Positions 48,305-57,699 of a stretch of DNA of 64,000 nucleotides are shown here, one piece after another. Both the position numbers and the translations under genes were made by a program. Below the pieces are notes generated by a model, which worked only from the letters and a program-made list of their open reading frames with translations, was not told the DNA's origin and ran no database searches. The DNA is from Takakia lepidozioides (Eukaryota > Plantae > Bryophyta). Location of the stretch: assembly GCA_030704615.1 (NCBI GenBank), contig CM060731.1, positions 682,001-746,000 of the forward strand. Direction: 5' to 3'. Each line of letters starts with the position of its first letter. Position 1 is the first letter of the stretch.

Positions 48305-50585
48305 GTAGGCACGTGGATCCCACTCTTCTCTTGTTTGTTCATAATTTGATTTTCCAATTCTTTTGCAGCTGCATTTGCACTCTTACCTCAACATATCCAT
48401 ATGCAAAACTTCCACTTTGGGCCCAACATTTGTCATTTCCATCGCCTCTCCCCAGTTACATTCAAGGAACGAATTCTAAAAGAGGAACAAGAGCTGCGTG
48501 ATTGGGAAGAATGGCGGGCGTGCCGGGAAGCTTCAAGGGCATCAAGTAGAGTTGGCAGTAACATTTCAGATGACAATGTCAGCCGGTTTCACCTTCCTGA
48601 AAGTATCTCCGTGTCCTCTGGAGCGGAGACCGTTGCAAGTGGCTGTGGTAACCGGAGGCGTCTTCGGACACATGCCTTGACTGCGAGCCGTTTGGGAGGA
48701 GGCTCAGTATTATTAATGAGTTAGTATAAGTCGTAACGGTTCTATGGCTTCAGAATCTATGGCTTGTATGGCATTAAGTCCATGAACGGATGGACAGTTG
48801 ACGTTCATTTTTCTGTTGGTCCATCGCCTTGAATGATATAATCTCAAATAAAATATGAATGTTTAATATCATCAATCAGGTCCCAACAGACTCGTTTTTC
48901 CATGTCTCTTCGTCACATGCCATCATTGTTTCATATTTGGTTCTGCCATTATTCCATGCTTGTTTCTGTATGTCATTTTGGATATCGGAGCTCTCATCAT
49001 TGTTTGATTCATTGCATCCTCCCATTCCTTTTAATGAACGTTAACTTGGCAGTGGATGTTCATCTAAGACCACAATACATACTTGTATTTTTGCGTAGAA
49101 TGTGTGGAGGATTACATAATTTGTTGTTATATAGTGCACAAATAGTCAAATAATTATAGATATATCTCTTTATTTCTATTATAGATTATAATTATTCATA
49201 TATCTTATATTATTTCTGGACCAAACAAAAGTCCAGAATTAGTTAAAATAATGTTTGATTGGTAGAGAATTCAATCGTAAGACCTTACTCAGTTAGCTGA
49301 CTAACTGACAATAAGTTCTTTGTCAATCCAGGAACAAAGAGAACTCCTCCGATCTCCTTCGACACTCCAGATGATAATTGAAACATAACAGTACCTTTTC
49401 CATGGATATCAAGACTAGTACTGCTATCTCCAAGATACACCTTATTTCCCACAGAAAGTTCTTTGAAGGTTGAGAATGCTTCATTCTGGAACGTCATGTG
49501 CTGAGATGCCCCTGAATCAATGAACCACACATCTCTGCAACTCGTAGAGATTGACAAAGCTACAACAAGAAGTTTAGTCCTTTCAGCCAATGCTGAAACC
49601 TCTTATTCTTCTCATCGTCTAGCTTTTTCTTGAAGCAGTCACGTGCATAGTGACCTCTCATGCCACAAAAGAAACAGGCTCCATGTTTCTTCTTCTTGAT
49701 CTTAGTCCCTTTCTTTGCAAAATTAACCATTACCTTCTAAGACTTTGAACTTCCTGAAGTCTTGACATTCAATGCCATTGTATCATGACTTCTACCAAAG
49801 ACATGATTCTCTCGTTTGCAACGCATCTCTTCTTGCAATAATTGTCTTGTAACTAGGTCCATAGTCAGACCACTAGTATGTGTACCAAAAGATACTACCA
49901 ATGTCTGATATGAAGGTGACAAACTTCCAAGAAGAATAAATGTCAGATCTTCATCTGAAACTGGATGACCAATGCTGGACAAATGATCACTAATGATTTA
50001 GAGCTTATCAATGTGATCCTGCACTGAGTTTCATTCCTCCATTTTTAAGCTATATAACTCCTGGTTAAGATATAGCCGATTGACAACATGCTTCCTCTCA
50101 AAACTAACACAAAGATTATTCCATGTTTCTCTAGCGGTTTTTGCATGTGCAACATGATGATGTAAAGAATCTGCCACATTCAACAACATGGTTCCTTGAG
50201 CCAACTTATCTTTCTTCGCAAAAAGTTGTCGCTCAGGAGTCAACCCTGCGGCTATGATCTCTCCATCTTCAGGTTGCAGTTGAACTGGTGCAACCGCTTC
50301 TCCTGATGTGATCTCCCACAGATCTTTCTCATTAAGAATGAACTTTATCTTAATCTTCCATGTATGAAAATTGTGACCATCTAACTTCTCCACTCGGGTA
50401 TGATCAGCAGAAGGTGCCATGATGCTAGTTTGATGCTTTGCCAATTATAAAACACCCTCAAACTTCAGATCTAACTCCAAGCACTCAAGCTTTCAGATCT
50501 AAACCCAAGCACTCAAGCCTATTGGTTATAAATCAAATGTTCATCTCATTCTATCTCTCAGACAGAACCTTGTTTTGATACCATG

Positions 50586-51083
50586 GGGAATGCCTCCGCG
50601 TGAGCACGTGAGCGCAGTCAGGCTCACGCCACGTCAGCAGTTGTCACCATGTTAGTTCACGGGTGTCACGGCACGTCAGCAGTCCTCATGGTCTTCCCGT
50701 TGCAGCCTCTATGGCACTCACGTTGTGAGGTTATTTTGTCGTCATTGTAATTGTAATAGTGAAACTTACAATTCTAATTGCACAATGTTGTGGAATGGAT
50801 GCCACAGTTGTAGGCTTATTTCCCATTTCGGGTATTTGATGGTAGTCTTCATTGTATTTAGCCAACGATTGCCTGGATTAATCCCACGATCATAGAACCA
50901 TCCTCGGATATAGGCGCCGTATGTTTATGCTAACGTGGCAGATGACGACGCAACGCCACATTAGCATTTGTCGTCATGTCAGCCTGCTGACATCACGCTC
51001 ACGCCACGTCAGCGTTGGTGCACGCTCATGCCACGTCACTCTTGCGTGAGCGTACACTCACACGCAAGGCTCACACCGTTGCA
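50586..51083. mobile_element. ~500-bp non-autonomous element (Mutator-like by TSD length) inserted in the Copia PBS
   Basis: Direct duplication TGATACCATG at 50576-50585 and 51084-51093. GTGAGC/GCTCAC and CCACGTCA motifs at both ends. Confidence 0.65.
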
Positions 51084-51091
51084 TGATACCA

Positions 51092-51432
51092 TGTTGGAAT
51101 TCGACAGAGAATAGAAATAAAAGATGAACTGATTACTGAGAACTCTCCACCCAACCATAGGACCACAACAAGTTGTGTGTCCACCCTCCGAGCTCTCCCT
51201 ATTTATACTCAAAGTCTAATCCAGAAATAGCTGAGATAACTATAGCATAACTCCATGCTTTTACTTAACTTATCTCCACCTACTATTCTGGTACAATGAC
51301 TTGAGTCACTAATAACTGAAGCTAACTGTAGCTATCTTTTAGCTAACTGAGGCTTATCTCTATTATTAACTGTGACTTGTCATCACAGTAACTTTAGGTA
51401 GTAGTAACTTGGTCAAGAGTTGATTTCCAACA
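51092..51432 (-). repeat. Copia 5' LTR
   Basis: Matches 29993-30358; adjacent TGATACCA is the PBS on the minus strand. Confidence 0.95.
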
Positions 51433-51439
51433 TGATACA

Positions 51440-52410
51440 CTCTCCAAAGGCCCTCGGTACTTTTCATTGAAAAGTGGAATTCCAAGTAGTGACATTTACC
51501 CTTGCTTCCAACCAATTGGGAATTGGTGTGGAAAGATGTCTGGAGAAAATAGCGAGCAACCAAAATTATGGGTTCTTGTGGAAACTAGTCAACCGCATAC
51601 TGTCTGTTTTGTGCAGCTTCCTTGCTCCATTTGCAACTCGGGCAATCTGGAGACAATCGAACATTGCTTGTTACACTGCCCTTTTCTCTGTTATGTCTAG
51701 TCTGCGGTCAGGAAATTCTATGCTAACTGGTCCCTAGATTTCTCGGTCCAGACCTCTGTCTTGCTTTTAAATATGCACAATGGCTCTTATTGGAGATCTT
51801 GCCTAGTGTGGGTAGCTCTACCAGCCCACACGTTCTGGAACATTTGGAAATGTAGATGTGCTCTAGTATATGATGGAGTTGCTCCCTGTGCAAAGTTGGT
51901 GTTACATAGAGCTCACTCAAAAATATTATTTGAAGCAAGGCTGCTAGATGCTCACTGAACAAGAGATTGCAACTATTCACTGACTTTGATAAGTCCTGGG
52001 GAAAAGGAGTTCTATGCACAAGAACTTCCGATTCAACGATTGTCTGGAACAACCAATTCCCGACATGTTGGCAGCTCCTGTAGTGCCCGTCAGTCTGCTG
52101 AGCCCGAGGACTCCGAAGTCAATTGGCGCCATAAGCGCACCCTGAGAAAAAACAAGTCCAAGGCGCATCTGTCCTCTAGGCTTTAGCGCCACTTTTGTGT
52201 CGCCTCCTGCAGTGCTCTCATCCTTAGCATTTGCGGAGCTCTTAGTTTTTGGTTACGGTGCAAAGCTCCTTTCTCAGCCTTATGGTGTCTCCTGTGAGGT
52301 TTTTTTTCCTCACTTCTATGTAATCCACTTTATTAAATAGATTTTTCGACGGGGCCGCCCATTGTCCTCTGTTCTCTTAAATTTTTTAAAAATAAAATAA
52401 AAATAAAACC
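51440..52410 (+). mobile_element. L1-type LINE 3' fragment (zf-RVT)
   Basis: CSICNSGNLETIEHCLLHCPF and FWNIWKCRCALVYDG; A-rich tail near 52385-52408. Confidence 0.7.
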
Positions 52411-53594
52411 TAAAAACCTGGTCATGACTGAAGTCCAGGACCTTCTTGCTTCCAAGGGGGGTTGGTATCATGTGAGCAGCCTGAGCGTAGCACAACCCAC
52501 GGTCATGGGAGTTTTATGTGTAGGGTAAGCCTCCGATGGAGGGGATTACCGGAATGAGCCCCACCACGAGGCGGTAGCCGAGTGGCGGGCCGAGTGTAGG
52601 TAATCCCCGACATGAGGAGGCTTACGGTGCGTGAAGAACGCGCAGGGAACGGTGCAATGCACGCGCCAAGCTGGCCAGTGAGTTACACGATCCTATATTC
52701 TACCCGCCAGGCTTGCCAATGAGTTATACGATCCTATAATCTACCCGCCAGGCTGGGGCGTAGATTCACAAGTTTAAGTCCTTGGTTTCCTTTGAGGGAA
52801 AAAGCTGAAAGTTCTTTACATTTTTCTAACCTCGATCATAGATGTGTTTTTAAAACGGATTAAAACCATATGCGGGTATAGAGGACTGATGCATTTGTAC
52901 GGTATATCTGCGCCAATTCGGCGAGGCGAAACCATTGTAGCCAGAAATCTTAAACCTATAGCGACGACGAATTTCGCATTGAGAAAATGTGATATGGGCA
53001 CAAACCTAAGCAGCGGTGGCATTGAGAAACCCTTAGTGGTGTAGCTTGAGTCGAAACTTTCTATTCGAAATCCCATCTCCCAACAGTCCCACATCCAAAA
53101 GGAATGGGTGAGGGCTTTAATAATGACGTATTCATCCTTTTGGCTACAATGTGATTTCTTCCCAGGCTGGTTTCGATGAGCGAAATTATCCATGGGCAAG
53201 GACCTTAACTTTGAGGTGAAGCCTCACCACCCACTCAAAGCCACGCCTATGTTCATCAGGTATAGGGGCTACTTGTTCTTTATGTGTTAGTTTCACCAAT
53301 TTCGTTGCGTTGTGGAAATTTCAAAGAAATTTTGCAGAAATTCGACGAATATGCCCTTCTTCTACCTACCCTCGCTTCCAAGAAATAGAGTCGACTATCT
53401 TTGCATATCTTCTCTTAGGGTATTTGGTATTAGTCGTATAATTACTTGTTAATGTCTGAGTGCGCGGGGACTTTCGCGTCTTTAGGGGAAGGTTGGGCCG
53501 CAACTTGAATGCATTCTAGACATTCTAAAGGGAGAGAGAAAGAGAGAGAGAGGGTGGACAAACTCCTGCTTCAAGAGTATTATAGAAAATACAG

Positions 53595-56500
53595 TTACAA
53601 TTTTCCTTCCCATTCGCTGCGAAATTGTTCCAAAAATACCTCCATGCACCTGTGCCTACCTTCTGCTCTTTGCCTGCCCGCCTGGAAATTATACCACCAG
53701 TGAATTAGAAGAACACATCAAATGCAACCAAGCAGCAAAATCACTATTGGATGAAAGGACTTTCTTCCATATGCACAAGCACAAATTGCAAGCAGAATGT
53801 GGACTACCTTTGTTTTCATAAGGTCTTTCAGCTTGAGCAGCTTCTCGTGAAAATGATTGACAGTAGTTTGCTGCACATCACTGCTCACATATTGGGCCTT
53901 GGTGAGGCCAGTGCGCGGGGCTTTTGCAGGATCGTGCATCGTACGGTTCCTACTCCCCCCATATGTGAATGCTCTTGCAATGCCTGTTCGTCTCAAGAAC
54001 ATCCCCACCACAACAGATCAACCATTTTCTTCATAGAGGTTTATACCAGTGTGTGCAAAGTCCCCAAACACACCATAGCAGGAGTCACCAGAGTGTTTCC
54101 CAGAAAGAGAAGATAGATACCAATTGCAATGGTTCCCATTTCCCCTGTGCAATCAAGGAAACGGGGGCACCAATGCTGATTATAATATCTCTTTCCTCTT
54201 GCCCCTGTAAAAGACACACTTTACTTCGCAGTGTTTCCCTCACTGTACATCAAGAACTAGCTTCCTTAATGAGGACTGTTTGGTTTCTAAGTTTCTAGAC
54301 AAAAATTATGTCAAGTAGGTTTTACCAATAGCCCCCATGGCATCGAGACGGTCGGCATCTTGCACAACAGCAAACTCTGGTGAACATTTGGCACCGAGAG
54401 ATCCTCCGACCTCTTCCTTAAACCCTGGCCACAGAAGTCATCCACAGTATCAGACAAGGGTTGATTCTAACCAGTGTTTGAGAGAAAGAAAGACAGCTTA
54501 AAAGGGTGCACACAAAAACGGGAGCACTGAAAAACCAGACCTAAGTCAGAGTGCAGATTGCCTTGTGAGGTTAAGCTGCCAAGGATCTCTAGACTTCATA
54601 ACTGCATGCCTCTGCCAGGAACAAGCAGCCTCTGAGAAGACGGGTGATTTTCCTCGTCTCATAATACAGTGGCAAGGAGCACAAGAAAAAGAAATGATGT
54701 TCTGTGTCCACTTCTTCATAGTGCAAGCTGGGCCAATCCTATCACCACACGATATGTTCAGCCATCTGCCTGTTGCAATCAGGAGATTGTGTGAGAAGAC
54801 TTTGAAAGTCCAGTGCAGACACAAGAAGTACGGCATCATCCCTGATGTCAATGAGATCATCCTCATAGAATCGAGTTTGGGGGTGAGCTGATGCGAGGCC
54901 CCGTGTATGTATCATATGTATCATATCCTGAAGGTCTTGTCTCATCAGCCTGCTCATGTCCTGCTTTGTGTGAGGATAAACCTTGTGGTTGGGGCAAATT
55001 TTACTCATGAGATGCTGTTTGCTGTAGCCTTGTGGCCATAAACCCGGAGAGAAAGCGAGAGTGGATACATGACATACATACATAGCTGTGACATGTTCTT
55101 GAGGCCATACCGCCTGCAGGGTGCTACACCCCCCAAACTGTGGGTTTGAGACTTCGAGTGAACATGCGACGCAGCACAAAATGACCGCAGCCCAGCTGGC
55201 AACAATATCATACATTTTATTAAGTGTTGATTTGAGGGCTGGCACTGTCATCAAGCTAAAAGGAAAGACATATTTGGTTCCAAGAATGCTCCTATTACCT
55301 TCTACCTTGCAATAGATGGAGGAAATGTTGCTGTCATTGCAGTGCCAGTTGCTGTTGAGTCAAAAGGAGGGATCAATGCGAAGAAAGACAGTCTCACCCT
55401 GCCCAGATTGCCTTTGCTCCAGGGATCAATTTCAGTCAGTAGCCTGAAAATGAACCCTATAAAGTCTTGTGCTTGTTTTTAGGAGTTTTTGGCCATCGTT
55501 TTTGGTGGTGAGAGAGTTCTCTCCTTTCCTCAGAAACAGAGAAGAAAAAGAGAGAAGACCCTTGGGGTTGAACTGCAATTTCACTTACCCATGGATGTGA
55601 TGATGCTCAAAATGGCCTCGGCCGTTCCTGCCTCCACACCCTGCTGTTTCAGAAAACCTTCTACCACAACATTGTCTTGTCCTGCCCTGCAATTGACATC
55701 ATTGGCATGTTCACCTAAGGGATTGAATGTAGCAACAGGAAATGACAAGAGGACACTGATAAACTACCAACTCTGCCAGAGCAGCGCATCTACAAAAGTG
55801 CCTGTTTAGTCATCTAGATTGGTCAAAAGATACCTTGAAAGAGGCCTAAATTGGTCCAAAGGTATCAGTATCTTTACAGACTCCACACATAACAGTGTAA
55901 GAAATGCTAATAGGGAAGCATGCCAGCAGAACAACAACCCTCAAAGTGTAACAGATGCAACCAAGACGCACGTTTGACGGCCTTAGCCCAACCTCAACAG
56001 CCAATGTCAAGCAAGCGACAGGAACCAGATGTCATTGCCTCTTTCCAAACCAAGCAAACCCGAACAATTCATCTAATGCTTCCTTTGAGCCTGTGCCCGT
56101 GTTCCTGGCTCTGATGAGAATACTGGACAATTCCTTAGTGTGAAATGAGCTGCTCACCGTGAAGTGTACTTGTGATCATCTGCAACCAAATGTGACAATT
56201 AACAATTAACAATTAAGGAGCGAAGGAGGTAAGGGGAGGGTTGGGGGATGGTAAAGTAACATATGGAGCATGGGTTTTGAGGTCGCCATATCAGGTTTCT
56301 CTCTGTCTTTGCATCTTCCCACTTCATCCCTGCTTGCAGCAAGTAAGAGCCAATCTCCCTGTCCTCTCTCTCTCTCACACACACACACACATTGTGGTGC
56401 GGTGATACCAAGGCTACTACACCAAATCCCATCAGAACTCCGAAGTTAAGCGCCTTTGGGCTGGAATAGTACTGGGCTCCGGAAGTCCCGGTGCTGCACC

Positions 56501-57439
56501 CACTATGGACCCTTTGGCCACAAGGCTGTGGCAAACAACGTCTTATGAGTACATTCTCACACACACACACACACATTGTTTATGTCAAGGTAAGACCCAC
56601 TACCGAAGTGAGCCCCTCACAAAGGTGGTATCTGTTCCCTTCAAACTGCGGTCGGGTTCTATTGCCACAAGGCTACGGCTAACAACGTCTTATGAGTACA
56701 TTCTCTCTCTCACACACAAACACATTCTTATCACAAAGCGACCCTCTTCAGGACCATCAAGAACATAGTCCATGCACCTCTGTTCAGCAACTTTCAAAAT
56801 CTCGAGGCTGAGCCCAAAGCCTTGCCAATTGCTGGGAAGCACGCACAGCAGATTGATGCGTGAAGGACTTTCTAGAGGAAATCAAGAAAGCCCGAACAAC
56901 TGTTTATATCAAGGTAAGTCCCACTACTGGAGTGAGCCCATCACAAAGGTAGTGTCTGTTCCCTCTTTTCCTGATCAAATGCGGGATCTATGGCCACAAG
57001 GCTACGGCAAATAAAGTTTACCAGTACGTTCTCACACACATTTTATAGTAAGAAATTTGGGGGAGTCCTTTAGACAAATAAATTGAGATAGACTGAGAGA
57101 TGGTTATACCGATGTCGTGAAGAAGAGCTGCCAGCTCCACCTACAAATCCCCACCAAACCCGCCTTATTCAGCGTACTTTACTTCCAGCTTCAGACACCC
57201 CACATTGACAAAATTCTTTGCTACCGACAAACCCAGTGAGAATTCAAGTGCTCTTGTTTGATTCCTATTGAGCAATAGGTACTCACGATTTCCAGGCTCG
57301 CGTGAGGAAGACATTCCTCGTTCGCCAAGGAGAGGGCCAGGTCACGCACACGGAATGCATGGAAGGGATCGTGGGACGAGTCCCAAGCACCCATCACTCG
57401 CTGCACCAACGCCTCCGCTGCTCCGACCGCCTCCGCCAT
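53595..57439 (-). CDS. HD-domain metal-dependent phosphohydrolase (YpgQ/YedJ-like), 7 exons
   Basis: Exons give MAEAV...SHDPFHAFRVRDLAL / VELAALLHDI / DDHKYTSR / AGQD...IITSM / GFKEE...VVQDADRLDAMGAI / GIARAFTYGG...NHFHEKLLKLKDLMKTK / AGRQRAEGRH..MEVFLEQF..EWEGKL*, with GT-AG junctions in frame where I checked them. Confidence 0.92.
54570..55260 (-). mobile_element. Decayed RTE-X-like LINE 3' fragment in an intron
   Basis: FKVFSHNLLIATGRWLNI..DRI..C resembles the FR.SSH.L.IETGRW..R.C LINE C-terminus. Confidence 0.55.
56396..56554 (+). mobile_element. 5S rRNA-derived SINE (SINE3-type) with LINE-derived tail
   Basis: 56396-56501 is near full-length 5S (GGTGCGGTGATACCAAGGCTACTACACC...CCCATCAGAACTCCGAAGTTAAGCG...GAAGTCCCGGTGCTGCACCC) with a short deletion around box C. 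It is followed by the LINE tail seen at 8375-8412. TSD TCTC(AC)7-8ATTGT. Confidence 0.85.
56580..57030 (+). mobile_element. Two further 5'-truncated copies of the same LINE 3' end, stacked at (CT)n(CA)n
   Basis: 56580-56701 and ~56730-57029 are homologous to 8090-8412; each is followed by TCTC(AC)n. Confidence 0.8.
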
Positions 57440-57699
57440 CTCCTCTCAAGAGAGTCTTGAGGGTACTTGCCAATTTTCACTCATGCAAGCTAACACATTC
57501 TAGCGACGACCGAAGGTCGGAAGCTAGTTTAGCGTAATAGGGTGCCAAAGTGCCACGTTTTTGTCGCCACGTCATCGTCGCCACGTTTCGTCGTCAAATT
57601 CTGTCAAGTCTGCCCGAACTGCCCGAACTTGTCACTCACTTGCGCGCGCTGCCGCTTCTTTCTCGCTCGCTGTCTCCGAGCGCTTCTGCCTTTGTGATA

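Larger units (their letters stand above)
33600..49255. mobile_element. ~15.6-kb cargo-rich DNA element inserted between Copia protease and integrase
   Basis: Copia frame ...GLTIEFSTNQ | VKFGSEVIA... is split by it. 25-bp inverted repeats TATTTTAACTAATTCT(A/G)GACTTTTG at 33610-33634 and 49226-49250. Confidence 0.85.
29993..51432 (-). mobile_element. Ty1/Copia LTR retrotransposon, decayed, with three nested insertions
   Basis: LTRs 29993-30358 and 51092-51432 (TG...CA); TSD GGATA/TGATA; PBS TGGTATCA on minus strand; PPT next to the left LTR. Gag (50444-49737), CCHC knuckle (~49690-49635), protease WFIDSGASQHMT (49590-49285), integrase (33550-32650), RT YVDDL (32340-30524), RNase H start YCDADWAG. 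Confidence 0.95.

Noticed and set aside
52430-53300. Possible gene or LTR element
   Set aside because: Short ORFs without recognisable motifs and local repeats only; not supportable.
54320-54350. Apparent frameshift in the HD gene exon
   Set aside because: Re-reading gives CTC GAT GCC ATG GGG GCT ATT G|GT, which is in frame.
56396-56501. Functional 5S rRNA gene or Cassandra LTR
   Set aside because: Single copy with an internal deletion near box C, no T-run terminator, fused to a LINE tail within a TSD, and no LTR pair.
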